Source: Methanocaldococcus jannaschii DSM 2661 (lineage in GTDB: Archaea; AGJL01; Methanococci; Methanococcales; Methanocaldococcaceae). Taken from it: a stretch of 32,000 nucleotides of DNA. Position 1 is the first letter of the stretch, and every line of letters begins with the position of its first letter. The translations under genes were made by a program, and so were the position numbers. The notes beneath the pieces are model-generated. The model saw nothing but the letters and a program-made list of their open reading frames with translations, searched no databases and was not told the DNA's origin. Positions 6,994-17,287 of this stretch are shown here, piece by piece. The DNA is taken from positions 653,581 through 685,580 of the forward strand of contig NC_000909.1 in the NCBI RefSeq assembly GCF_000091665.1, written 5' to 3'.

Positions 6994-8868
6994 TTAGATT
7001 CCAAGTTTTTTCCTCTTCTCCATGATTGTTTGCTCCAATAAATCAGCTGCCTTGTATGGGTTTGGTTCTGGGATTAATTTACCCCCTGTTAAGCCCTCAA
7101 CTGCTTCAGTTAAAACCTTTGTTACTAACTCACTGCCAGTAACGAATGGAACTGGTGAAACATGGACAGTAAAGCCCATATCAACTGCGTAGGTTGCATC
7201 TGCCAATGCCTGCTCTTCCAACCACTGTGGTGCTGAGGCAGCAACTGGTAAATCTGGAATATCAACTCCCAACTCTTCAGCAATTGCAACTGCAACCTGC
7301 TCAATTCTTGCAATACTCAAACATGCTCCGAAGTTTAAGACTGGTGGGATTCCTAAGCTCTTACAGACTTCTTTTAAGTTCTCTCCAGCTAACTCAGCAC
7401 TTGCAGGGTCAAAGAGACCTGCGTGTTTCAATGGGCTGTTTACACAACCTCCTGCTAAGACTAAGATATCTCTTTTAATGAGCTCTTTTGTTAATGTGAC
7501 AATTATGTTGTCGTGTCCTCCACTTGCCAAGTTTGAACATCCAACGACTCCAACAACCCCTTTGATTTTACCACTTGCAATCAATTCAATTAATGGCTTG
7601 ACACTTCCTCCTAAGAACTCAACCAATGATTCCTCTCCAACTCCAACAACTGATTTAACTTTCTCATCGTAGTAATCCTTCTGCATTCCTTTTCTCTCTT
7701 TGAATGCCTCAATTGCTTTCTTAATTATCTCTCTTGCCTTTTCTTTAGCATTCTCTGGCTCCCATGGGATGTATTCAGCTCCCTCAACGTAAGCCATGTC
7801 ATCAATACAGATTAATTTTGTCTTAGTTTTTTCAGCGACAAATTTCAATCCGTGGAATGTACAGTTGAATTCAGAGACAACAGCATCAATTAAACCAGTT
7901 GCAACCAATGGCTCTGTTGTGAAGTTGTTTGCTATGTAACCAACGAAGCTTTCTGGTAAGTGGGCAATTCTTGTTTCCATATCTTGTCCGTTACATGTAG
8001 CTCCAATAATCTTAATCTCATCAGCTCCAGCTTCTTTTGCCATTTTTATTAAGTCTTCCTCCATTGCAGCCTCACATAATGGCTGGATTAAAGCGTGCTG
8101 GTGTCCAGTAATCATGATATTAACGTTGTTTGGCTTAACTGAACTGAATCCATTCTCAACTACTGTAATCTTTGGTGAACCAAATAAGATGTCGTTTAAC
8201 CAGCAAGTCATTAAAAGCCCTGTAAATCCTGCGTGCAATCCTAATCTAAGGCAGTGAACCAATAAGTCCATTGGATTGCTGTTTAAGTTTGTTGAAGTCT
8301 TTGTTAATGCATCAACAATCTCTCCCTTAGCCCCTCCTGGAAGGATATCTAACTTCTCAAATACTTCTAATCTCTTCTCTGGACAGAGTTTTGGAACTAA
8401 TTCACTCTTCTCCCATCTTGGTTTGTACATATCATCTAATATGAACTCAGCAACTTCAACAGCCAACTGCTTAGCATCTTTATTTGCATCAAAGCCAAGT
8501 TTTTTCGCTAAAAACTTTAATTTTTTCTCGTTTCTTATTTCATAGCTTCCTTCTCCTTTACCTGCTGATAATAAAGCTCTTGCAGCGTTTTCAGCACAAT
8601 GGACATAACATGATGTTCCAGCAGCAACCGCTCTGCAGAGGTTTCTTGCTACAATAACATCTGCTGTTGCTCCACAAACACCGTAAGGAGTTTTTTCTGT
8701 TATTCTACAAGGTCCATTAGCACATAATATGCAATAAACCCCTTTTAACCCGTAAGGACACTTTGGGAATTGATTTGGGAATCTTGTGTGAGGAGTTTCT
8801 ATACCCTTTAACTTTGCCTTTTCAACCATTTCCTTAACTTCTGGAATAGCAGCGATGCAGTTTTTCAT
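6994..8868 (-). CDS. cooS: Anaerobic Ni carbon-monoxide dehydrogenase catalytic subunit
   Basis: CPYGLKGVYCILCANGPCRI, GHQHALIQPL, GATCNG, NCTFHG, VGCSNLASGGHDN, LAGGC, FGACLSI; full-length CooS-type. Likely ATG at 8868. Confidence 0.92.
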   Translation of the reverse strand: MKNCIAAIPEVKEMVEKAKLKGIETPHTRFPNQFPKCPYGLKGVYCILCANGPCRITEKTPYGVCGATADVIVARNLCRAVAAGTSCYVHCAENAARALLSAGKGEGSYEIRNEKKLKFLAKKLGFDANKDAKQLAVEVAEFILDDMYKPRWEKSELVPKLCPEKRLEVFEKLDILPGGAKGEIVDALTKTSTNLNSNPMDLLVHCLRLGLHAGFTGLLMTCWLNDILFGSPKITVVENGFSSVKPNNVNIMITGHQHALIQPLCEAAMEEDLIKMAKEAGADEIKIIGATCNGQDMETRIAHLPESFVGYIANNFTTEPLVATGLIDAVVSEFNCTFHGLKFVAEKTKTKLICIDDMAYVEGAEYIPWEPENAKEKAREIIKKAIEAFKERKGMQKDYYDEKVKSVVGVGEESLVEFLGGSVKPLIELIASGKIKGVVGVVGCSNLASGGHDNIIVTLTKELIKRDILVLAGGCVNSPLKHAGLFDPASAELAGENLKEVCKSLGIPPVLNFGACLSIARIEQVAVAIAEELGVDIPDLPVAASAPQWLEEQALADATYAVDMGFTVHVSPVPFVTGSELVTKVLTEAVEGLTGGKLIPEPNPYKAADLLEQTIMEKRKKLGI

Positions 8869-9087
8869 ACCTATCACCAAACATATTTTTAACTTGTTTT
8901 ACGATAATCATTAATATATTAACGAATAAATAACATTAACGGTTTGGAAATCGTCTTTAAGTTTTGCAATGAAAACGATATTCACATTAAAATAGAAGAT
9001 TTGAATTAATAAATTATAAAATACAATAGCAAAATTTTTGCATGAAAAAATAATTATAGAATTATTGAGCAGTAATATCAAACGGAG

Positions 9088-9462
9088 ATGATGATAATGA
9101 AAGTTAAAGAAGTTATGAACAAAGATTTTATAAAAATCTCCCCAAATGATATTGGAGGAGAAGTTGTTCAAACTCTCTACAAAGAAAAGAAAAATTATGC
9201 TCCAGTTATAGAAGATGGAAAATTAGTTGGATGGATTACTGCCTTAGATTTGCTTATAGGCTGTAAGCATTCAAAAATAGAGGATTTAATGTTACTTATT
9301 GATGAGATAAAGATTTTAAAAGAGAATGATGAAGTAACTGATGAATTAATAGATGAGATAATAAAAAACGAAGACATTGCCTACCCTGTTATTAATGATA
9401 GAGATGAGGTTGTTGGAACTTTAAGTGTGTTTGATTTGCTAAAATATTATAAAAATAGATAG
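9088..9462 (+). CDS. Tandem CBS-domain protein
   Basis: VMNKDFIKISPNDIGGEVVQTLYKEKKNYAPVIEDGKLVGWITALDLL ... IAYPVINDRDEVVGTLSVFDLLKY. Confidence 0.85.
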   Translation: MMIMKVKEVMNKDFIKISPNDIGGEVVQTLYKEKKNYAPVIEDGKLVGWITALDLLIGCKHSKIEDLMLLIDEIKILKENDEVTDELIDEIIKNEDIAYPVINDRDEVVGTLSVFDLLKYYKNR

Positions 9463-9463
9463 C

Positions 9464-10024
9464 TTATTGCTGTTTTTTCACCTCTATGTGCTTTAAAATA
9501 ACCTTCTCTATATCTTCTGGTTTATCTAAAACCTCAATTCCCTCCATTCTTCTAAGTCTCTCAACATTTTCAACATCAACATCTCTCATATATAGGGTTA
9601 ATTTCTTATTCCCTGGCAGAATTGTCTCTACAGTTCCTTTTTTGTTATCTGGTGGAAAGATATAAACTGGTACTTTTGCCTTCATTGCTTGAGCAACTGA
9701 ATTAGTTATTAAAGTATCGGCAATACCATAAGCTATTTTTGCAGTTGTGTTTGCCGTTGCTGGAGCTACTAAAAACAAATCATATTTTCCAGTTTGCAAC
9801 TTCCCAACTAAGAATGGAGCGTTTGCATTAACCTCAACCCTTAAATCATAAAACTCATCCTCCAAAACCTGCCAGAGTTTATACCACTTTACAACAATCT
9901 TTGCATTTTTTGAGAGATAGATATCTACATCCAAATTATATTTATTTTTTAGCTTTTTCATTATTTCAACAACTTCTGGCAGTTTATCTCCACATCCGGT
10001 TATTCCCCATGCAATTTTTAGCAT
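9464..10024 (-). CDS. Archaeoflavoprotein AfpA-like (flavoprotein fold)
   Basis: MLKIAWGITGCGDKLPE, VAPATANTTAKIAYGIADTLITNSVAQA. Confidence 0.8.
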   Translation of the reverse strand: MLKIAWGITGCGDKLPEVVEIMKKLKNKYNLDVDIYLSKNAKIVVKWYKLWQVLEDEFYDLRVEVNANAPFLVGKLQTGKYDLFLVAPATANTTAKIAYGIADTLITNSVAQAMKAKVPVYIFPPDNKKGTVETILPGNKKLTLYMRDVDVENVERLRRMEGIEVLDKPEDIEKVILKHIEVKKQQ

Positions 10025-10035
10025 ACTACCCCTCT

Positions 10036-10632
10036 TTATAACCCCCTCTTTTCTTTTAAAACCTCATAAAATCTATTAAGTGTCTTTCTTAAAACTCTCA
10101 ATCCCTCCTCATCCTCCTCAACTCCTTTCTTCCCTCTATCCTTAGACCAAAATGTAGCCCCTAAATTAGCTCCAAAAGAACCCCCTCCCACAGGAATCAT
10201 TTCATTTATTATAAAAAAGTCATGAATAGTTCTTAAAGCAATCTCCTGCCCCCCATTTCTATCTCCACCAACAGCAATAGCCATTCCAACTCTACCCCTC
10301 AAAACCTTTGGATTTTTTGCCAGTATAGCTCTGCATCTATCCATCAATGTCTTTAGCTGCCCTGTTACATTCCCCTGATAAACTGGAGTTCCTATTATCA
10401 CTCCATCAGCCCAAATAAGGTTTTCATAAACCTCTTCCATATCATCCTTATGTATGCATCCCTCTTTTTTCTTTATACAGTAATCACAGTGAAGACAGAA
10501 GTTTATCTTCTTTCTACTAACTGAAAAATATCTCACCTCTGCCCCTTTCTCTTTCAAATAATTTAAAGCATAATTTACTGCAAAATGAGTCCCTTGCAAT
10601 CTTGGACTTCCACTTATCCCAAAGACTTTCAT
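10036..10632 (-). CDS. Iron-sulfur flavoprotein (Isf family)
   Basis: GISGSPRLQGTHFAVNYALNYL and compact cysteine motif CLHCDYCIKKKEGCIHKDD, GTPVYQGNVTGQLKTLMDR. Confidence 0.88.
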   Translation of the reverse strand: MKVFGISGSPRLQGTHFAVNYALNYLKEKGAEVRYFSVSRKKINFCLHCDYCIKKKEGCIHKDDMEEVYENLIWADGVIIGTPVYQGNVTGQLKTLMDRCRAILAKNPKVLRGRVGMAIAVGGDRNGGQEIALRTIHDFFIINEMIPVGGGSFGANLGATFWSKDRGKKGVEEDEEGLRVLRKTLNRFYEVLKEKRGL

Positions 10633-10676
10633 TATTCCACCTTAAAAAAATAAAATTTAAATAATAAAAATATATA

Positions 10677-11849
10677 TCAGAAGCCAATATCTGCTAATCT
10701 TTTACCAAATTCATAACATTTTTTTAGATGTTCCTCTTTTGGAGCAAATCTTACTGTTAAACATTCATCATCAACTATCTTAAAGCCCAGGTTTTTGAAT
10801 ATCTCTTTAATTTTTTCAGTTGCGCATTCCATCCAACCATAAGAACCAAAGGCAACACCGATCTTGTCGAGTGGTCTAATGCAATCCATGTATGCAAGGA
10901 ACTTACCAACTTCTGGGTAGAGATTTCTATTTACAGTTGGTGAGCCAACTAAAACATACTTTGCATCTAAGATTTCTGTCATTATTCTACTTAGAGAGGT
11001 TTCACAAACTCTATAAATTTTTACTTCTACTCCTTTCTCCATTAAACCTTCAGCAATCGCATGAGCCATTTTTTTGGTCGAGTTATACATTGTATCATAG
11101 ACAATAACTGCCTTATTCTTTGTTTTGTTCATTGCCCATTCGTTATATTTTTCAATTATTTCGTTTATGTATTCCTTCCAAATTACTCCATGAGAAGGGC
11201 AAATAAGCTCAATATCTAAGTTTTTAACGGCTTTTATTGCATCAGGAATAAGCATTTTATAGGGCATCAATATATTAGCGAAATAATCCTTTGCATGTTC
11301 AAAAATTCCTTCTCCTATCTCGTAATCAAATCTCTCAGAACTTGCTATATGCTGTCCAAATGCATCGTTTGAGAATAAAATTTTCTCTTCTTTACAGTAA
11401 GTTAGCATATTATCTGGCCAGTGGAGCATTGGAGTTCTTATGAACTTTAGAGTTCTGTCTCCTATGTTTATCTCATCTCCAGTATCTACAATGATAAAAT
11501 CCCAATCTTTTGTATCGTAGTAGAGAGATAAATGCTCCTTTCCCTTTTCATTAGTTATTATTGTGGCATTGCTGATCTCAACCAATTTATCAACACAACC
11601 ACTGTGGTCTTTTTCTACGTGATTAACTATAATATAATCGAGATCTTTGGGATCTATAAATTTTGATATGCCATAAATAAGTTCATTGAACATGTAATCC
11701 TTTGCAGTGTCTATTAAAACATTTTTCTTATCTTTTATCAAATAAGAGTTATAGGTTGATCCGTAGGGAGTTCCATAGCCATGAAAATCTCTAATTTCCC
11801 AATCAATCACTCCAACCCAGTATATTCCATTTTTTATTTCTAATACCAT
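10677..11849 (-). CDS. fprA: F420H2 oxidase / type A flavo-diiron protein, paralog 1
   Basis: [65 protein letters not shown]. Probable start 11849. Confidence 0.92.
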   Translation of the reverse strand: MVLEIKNGIYWVGVIDWEIRDFHGYGTPYGSTYNSYLIKDKKNVLIDTAKDYMFNELIYGISKFIDPKDLDYIIVNHVEKDHSGCVDKLVEISNATIITNEKGKEHLSLYYDTKDWDFIIVDTGDEINIGDRTLKFIRTPMLHWPDNMLTYCKEEKILFSNDAFGQHIASSERFDYEIGEGIFEHAKDYFANILMPYKMLIPDAIKAVKNLDIELICPSHGVIWKEYINEIIEKYNEWAMNKTKNKAVIVYDTMYNSTKKMAHAIAEGLMEKGVEVKIYRVCETSLSRIMTEILDAKYVLVGSPTVNRNLYPEVGKFLAYMDCIRPLDKIGVAFGSYGWMECATEKIKEIFKNLGFKIVDDECLTVRFAPKEEHLKKCYEFGKRLADIGF

Positions 11850-11936
11850 TAAGATCACCTTTTGAGTAGTGGTAAATAATATAAAAATAAATATAGAATA
11901 AATATAGATAGGATAAATATAAAAACAGATTAGTAA

Positions 11937-12287
11937 TTAGAGCTCAATTATTCTATATCCACCATCTAAATATTTCTTTAAGCTTACATGTCCAAATAAA
12001 TCATTTTCTAATTTTAATTTGCCTTTAATTTCTTCTTTAACATTAAACATACTTGCACATGCTTCACATACAACAAAATCATCTTTTACTTTTTCAAAGT
12101 GGCTTTTTAATGGATGATTTTCACTTAACAGATCTTTTGCCCATAAAACTGCTTCTCCTTCCAATATAATCTTTACTTCATCTCCCTTTTCTTTTAATTC
12201 ATTTGCAAATAGTAATGTATGCATCATAACGGGCATATTTGGCTGATTTTTGTGAAAGTAAGAAAATATTAAGAAGGCAACTTTCAT
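11937..12287 (-). CDS. DsrE/DsrF-like small protein
   Basis: MKVAFLIFSYFHKNQPNMPVMMHTLLFANELKEKGDEVKIILEGEAVLWAKDL..VVCEACASMFNV. Confidence 0.65.
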   Translation of the reverse strand: MKVAFLIFSYFHKNQPNMPVMMHTLLFANELKEKGDEVKIILEGEAVLWAKDLLSENHPLKSHFEKVKDDFVVCEACASMFNVKEEIKGKLKLENDLFGHVSLKKYLDGGYRIIEL

Positions 12288-12337
12288 AAACCCCCACCTC
12301 ATTTATAATTTGTTTTAATTGATTAAATTAATTAAAT

Positions 12338-12952
12338 TTAATATTTTTCACATTTAACTTCAAAGTATTTCCTTGGATGACTGCAAGAAGGACACTTCTC
12401 TGGTGGTTCTTTTCCAAGATGAACAAAACCGCATTTTCTACAAACCCATTCAACTGGTTTATCTTTTTTAAATACCGTTCCTTCTTCAACTTCCTTTAGC
12501 AGTTTTTTAAACCTCTCTTCATGATGCTTTTCAGCTATCCCTATAGCTCTCAACCTATCTGCAATCTCTTTAAGTCCTTCTTTTTCAGCAATGTCAGCAA
12601 ACTTTGGATACATCTCTGTGTGCTCAAAATGCTCTCCTTCAATCGATGCTTTTAAGTTTTCAGCAGTATTTCCTAAAACAATTGGAACTTCTACACCATC
12701 AACTTTTATAGCTTTATCATCAATGTTATATTTCTTTTTTAGTTCGGTTATTAAGTAATAAAGCCACTTGGCATGCTCTCTCTCATTTTCAGCAGTTAAT
12801 AAAAATATCTCAGCTATCTGCTCATATCCCTCTTGTTTTGCAATCTTTGCATAACAGGTATATCTATTCCTTGCTAAACTCTCTCCTATATATGCTTTTG
12901 TTAAGTTTTTTAGTGTCTCTTTCATATTTATCACAAAAAAGTTGTTAATCAA
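12338..12952 (-). CDS. Rubrerythrin
   Basis: Ferritin-like part (LTAENEREHAKWLYYL, EGEHFEHTEMYPKFADIAEKEGLKEIADRLRAIGIAEKHHEERF) with C-terminal rubredoxin domain CRKCGFVHLG...CPSC. Confidence 0.93.
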   Translation of the reverse strand: MINNFFVINMKETLKNLTKAYIGESLARNRYTCYAKIAKQEGYEQIAEIFLLTAENEREHAKWLYYLITELKKKYNIDDKAIKVDGVEVPIVLGNTAENLKASIEGEHFEHTEMYPKFADIAEKEGLKEIADRLRAIGIAEKHHEERFKKLLKEVEEGTVFKKDKPVEWVCRKCGFVHLGKEPPEKCPSCSHPRKYFEVKCEKY

Positions 12953-12991
12953 TAATAATGAAATGTTAAATATGTTGAATAAAATTTTTAA

Positions 12992-13234
12992 TTATTCATC
13001 AAACTCTACCCACTCATCTAACGGCTCGAATGATTCTTTTCCTACTTTACCTCTACAAACTGGGCATATCCATGTATCTGGGAGTTCCTCAAAAGGTGTT
13101 TTTGGAGGTATATTTTGACTTGGATCTCCTTTTAGAGGGTCATAAACCCATCCACATACTTTGCACTTGTATTTTCTATATCTTGGTTTTTCACAACTTC
13201 CGTCCAATTTACAGGCAATCTTTAATTCTACCAT
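12992..13234 (-). CDS. Rubredoxin
   Basis: [51 protein letters not shown]. Confidence 0.93.
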   Translation of the reverse strand: MVELKIACKLDGSCEKPRYRKYKCKVCGWVYDPLKGDPSQNIPPKTPFEELPDTWICPVCRGKVGKESFEPLDEWVEFDE

Positions 13235-13323
13235 ATTTCCACCTCAAAAAACAATTACAATTAATTAAAAAGATTTAGAAATTTATAATATGTGTTAAAT
13301 ATATAGTAATTTCATTGAAAGTT

Positions 13324-13977
13324 TTAATCTAACTTTTTATAACAGAACCACCAATCTAAGCACTCAATCTCCCCTTTCTCACATGCCTCTTTTCTTTGCT
13401 TTATCTCCTCCACTGATGATGCAGGAGGTATAATAACTTTATCTCCAATTAAATCATTTTCAGGCCAATTCGCTGGCATAGCCACTCCTTTTTCATCTGA
13501 AACTTGGAGAGCTTTAACTAATCTAACGATCTCATCCAAGTTTCTACCAACTTCTTGCGGATAGTAGATGATAGCCCTAATTATCCCTTTATTATCTACA
13601 ACAAACACAGCCCTAACTGTATTGTTTCCTTTGTATGGGCTTATCATTCCCAATTTCTCTGCTAACTCTCCTCTATCATCCGCTATAATTGGAAACTCAA
13701 TTTCTACATTCAATTTTTCTTTTATCCACTCGACCCATTTTAAGTGGCTAAAAACTTGATCTATACTTAATCCAATCAACTCAGTATTTAGTTTCCTAAA
13801 TTCATCGTATCTCTTTTGAAATCCTACGAACTCTGTTGTGCAAACCGGAGTAAAGTCAGCAGGATGGCTGAATAAAACAAACCACTTTCCTTTCTCTACA
13901 TAATAATCTGGTAATTTAATAGCTCCATGGGTTGTTTTAACCTCTACTTCTGGGAATTTCTCACCAATAACTGGCAT
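13324..13977 (-). CDS. Peroxiredoxin (Prx6/archaeal type)
   Basis: [53 protein letters not shown]...; further cysteines near the C-terminus ([19 protein letters not shown]). Confidence 0.93.
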   Translation of the reverse strand: MPVIGEKFPEVEVKTTHGAIKLPDYYVEKGKWFVLFSHPADFTPVCTTEFVGFQKRYDEFRKLNTELIGLSIDQVFSHLKWVEWIKEKLNVEIEFPIIADDRGELAEKLGMISPYKGNNTVRAVFVVDNKGIIRAIIYYPQEVGRNLDEIVRLVKALQVSDEKGVAMPANWPENDLIGDKVIIPPASSVEEIKQRKEACEKGEIECLDWWFCYKKLD

Positions 13978-14067
13978 TTTTCCTTCACACATTTTTCTCC
14001 CCTCCTTTTTATTTTATCTTTTGTTTATTTAAGTTTTATTGGTTTTTATTTTATATTTGCTTTTCTT

Positions 14068-14253
14068 TTACATTTTGCTTTCTTGATTTGGAGTCCTTGC
14101 CACTAATTTTGGGTCATATCCTTTAAACCCACATTCGGGAGTGTAGCAAGAAACATCATAGAACGTACATTTTTCCCCACAATTTGGACATCTTTCTGGA
14201 GGTTTCTCTGCCTCAAACACATAGCCGCAATTTGAGCATTTCCACCAAGGCAT
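14068..14253 (-). CDS. Small zinc-ribbon/rubredoxin-like protein
   Basis: [41 protein letters not shown]: two cysteine pairs plus further cysteines. Confidence 0.75.
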
Positions 14254-14292
14254 TGTCTCACCAAAAAGTTTAATTAAAATAATTTTATTATT

Positions 14293-14565
14293 TTATTGCT
14301 TTATTGGACATTTATTTGCTAATTTCATTGCCAAATCCTCTGGATCTTTTATTGGAAAATCATTGTCAGTTAGCAATTTAACCAATTCTGCTGCTTCAAT
14401 TTCCCCACATGGAAGTGAAATCCCACAAGGCAATGCCTCTGCCAACTCAACCTTATTTTTTATTGGAAAAACGTCCTTATCTTTAAAATATTCTACTAAT
14501 CTTAGTTTAAACTCCTGGATGTCTCTTAATGCTTCATATAATGGATGGTTTGTTGTTATCATCAA
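14293..14565 (-). CDS. Conserved hypothetical protein
   Basis: 90-aa ORF in the minus-strand array; no family recognised. Confidence 0.6.
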   Translation of the reverse strand: MMITTNHPLYEALRDIQEFKLRLVEYFKDKDVFPIKNKVELAEALPCGISLPCGEIEAAELVKLLTDNDFPIKDPEDLAMKLANKCPIKQ

Positions 14566-14590
14566 TAATCACCTTTAATAAACTGACTTT

Positions 14591-15046
14591 TTAGTTATGG
14601 AGAGGTTTAGCAATAAATACACAAGCATCATAACCTTGTGCTTGGCAATACATCTCTTTAACGAAATATTTTTTATTTTTTATTGATTCTAAGAACCCAG
14701 CAATCAGTCCTGCTTCAAAATCACACATTGGTTCTTCTGACTTTTGAGTTCTACAAAATATACAGTCCTTTACTTTTATCTCCACTTCTCCGTTATCTTT
14801 TTCTTTAATCTCAATATAACCAATATTATTGGCCTCAAAAAACTTCTTAATATCTTCATAACTTTTTGGAGACACTAATCTTCCAACTTCATAACCAATT
14901 TCATACAGGGTTGTGTCTGATCCAAGGTCTTTAACCTTCTGCATATATGCGTATATTATAATTGCAAGTAAATCTGAGGGAATTTCTCTACTTTTAAATT
15001 TGTATTCTTCTGGATTGTAATTTACAACATCTTTAACCGAGATCAT
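14591..15046 (-). CDS. V4R-domain-like protein, paralog 1
   Basis: [27 protein letters not shown]...[28 protein letters not shown]...[11 protein letters not shown]; clear paralog of 18091-18636. Confidence 0.75.
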
Positions 15047-15117
15047 TAATCACACCTTTACATGAACTATTTACATACTTACATATAGACATATACTTCA
15101 CATCGCGTTTTATTTAA

Positions 15118-15276
15118 TTAATCGATTTTTCTGAAAGCGTTTTTTCCTAATCCGCACTGAGGACATCTAAAAGTATCTGGAAGATCTTCAAATTTTGTTC
15201 CTGGTGGGATGTTTTGTGACGGCTCACCTTTGTCTTCATCATACACCCATCCACACATGCATTGATACCTTGCCAT
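15118..15276 (-). CDS. Rubredoxin, 52 aa (absent from supplied ORF track)
   Basis: Manual translation from ATG 15276: [52 protein letters not shown], stop at 15118. Confidence 0.95.
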   Translation of the reverse strand: MARYQCMCGWVYDEDKGEPSQNIPPGTKFEDLPDTFRCPQCGLGKNAFRKID

Positions 15277-15376
15277 TTCTATCACCTTTGTGCTATTTTT
15301 GTCATTATTTATCTTAGTCAGTTAGAGGTATATATCATTAATCACTTAAATTTCGCATAATATAATGAAATTAAAG

Positions 15377-15387
15377 ACGATTATCGT
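15377..15387. promoter_or_regulatory. Putative Ptr2-type upstream activating site for the rubredoxin gene
   Basis: ACGAT-T-ATCGT lies just upstream (minus-strand sense) of TATA-like CATTATATTATG; rb2 is a published Ptr2 target. Confidence 0.6.
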
Positions 15388-15456
15388 ATTTGTGATTTTT
15401 TATATGCAAGTTATTAGTTTTTAGTTTATTATTTTTTACTTTATAAAAATGGGATT

Positions 15457-15807
15457 TTATTCAAGCAGAATCTCTTTTTCGTATTCCCAGACCCCGTGAA
15501 GATTGCATCTCATTAATGCCCTTAATATAAATTTCTCATGTTCTTTTGACGGGGCTTTTACCATTAACTTAACCTCTGGTTTCATAAATTGGGTAAAATC
15601 AACTCTTGCTAAATAAAGATCTCCCATATATAACTCGATCCAATGTATAAAGTGATTATCTTCCATAGGATGTGGAATTCCAGTTGAAATTTTTACTTCA
15701 AAATAATCGTTTGCTTTAACTCTGTCTTTACACTCAATAAATGGAGTATGTTTCTTTTCAAAATCAGTTCCTTCTTTCATTCGGTTTATTCCGCAGTAGT
15801 GTGTCAT
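15457..15807 (-). CDS. Superoxide reductase (neelaredoxin/desulfoferrodoxin family)
   Basis: HTPFIECKDRVKANDYFEVKISTGIPHPMEDNHFIHWIELYMGD and CNLHGVWEYEKEI. Confidence 0.9.
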   Translation of the reverse strand: MTHYCGINRMKEGTDFEKKHTPFIECKDRVKANDYFEVKISTGIPHPMEDNHFIHWIELYMGDLYLARVDFTQFMKPEVKLMVKAPSKEHEKFILRALMRCNLHGVWEYEKEILLE

Positions 15808-15911
15808 ATTGTCCCCACGATTTTTCGTTATACATAGTAATCAAACTAAGTTAAGTAGAGTATAAGGGTATGAAATAAATTAAATTAATAAATAAAAGAT
15901 TATCTATAAGT

Positions 15912-16226
15912 TTAGAGTTTTTCTAATATCTTCATTGCTTTTGTGAAAGCAGGCATTCCACTTGTTAATAAAACAACTCTCAAAACATCTGCAATCTCTT
16001 CTTTTGTAATTCCGAGTTCTTTCATTGCACTTTTCATCTGTTTTTCTATCGCTACCTCATCACATCTTGATGCAACAATTCCTATTGCAATCAATTTCTG
16101 AGTTTTATAATCCAGTGTTTTTCCAGTAAAGACAGTGTCATTTAATTTCACTATAATGTCATAGAGATCTGGGTATTTCTCCTTAACTACTTTCATTCCC
16201 TCCCCAAAAAATACTTCATTCTTCAT
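15912..16226 (-). CDS. Carboxymuconolactone decarboxylase/AhpD-like protein without obvious CxxC
   Basis: LDYKTQKLIAIGIVASRCDEVAIEKQMKSAMKELGITKEEIADVLRVVLLTSG. Confidence 0.75.
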   Translation of the reverse strand: MKNEVFFGEGMKVVKEKYPDLYDIIVKLNDTVFTGKTLDYKTQKLIAIGIVASRCDEVAIEKQMKSAMKELGITKEEIADVLRVVLLTSGMPAFTKAMKILEKL

Positions 16227-16354
16227 TTTTTCACCTTTTTATCGTTTAAGTTCTTTATAAGTTATTTTTTGAGTGGTTTTACTACCTAATTCATATATTA
16301 TATTTTTGATTTTAGATAGTATATATAACTTTCTAAATTTTTTAAATAGAAATT

Positions 16355-17287
<933 letters not shown>

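Noticed and set aside
7125-8545. Several plus-strand ORFs (7125-7313, 7194-7478, 7478-7672, 8276-8545) inside cooS
   Set aside because: Shadow ORFs of a strongly conserved gene; Leu/Ser-rich compositions typical of antisense frames.
8911-9171. 86-aa minus-strand ORF spanning the cooS/CBS intergenic region
   Set aside because: Overlaps the CBS gene start, composition Asn/Phe/Ile-rich, looks like translated promoter DNA.
9462-9464. Convergent gene ends separated by one base
   Set aside because: Tight packing is ordinary in compact archaeal genomes.
10892-11107. Plus-strand ORF inside fprA-1, and similar ORFs inside fprA-2 (20992-21431)
   Set aside because: Leu/Phe-rich antisense translations without start or RBS context.
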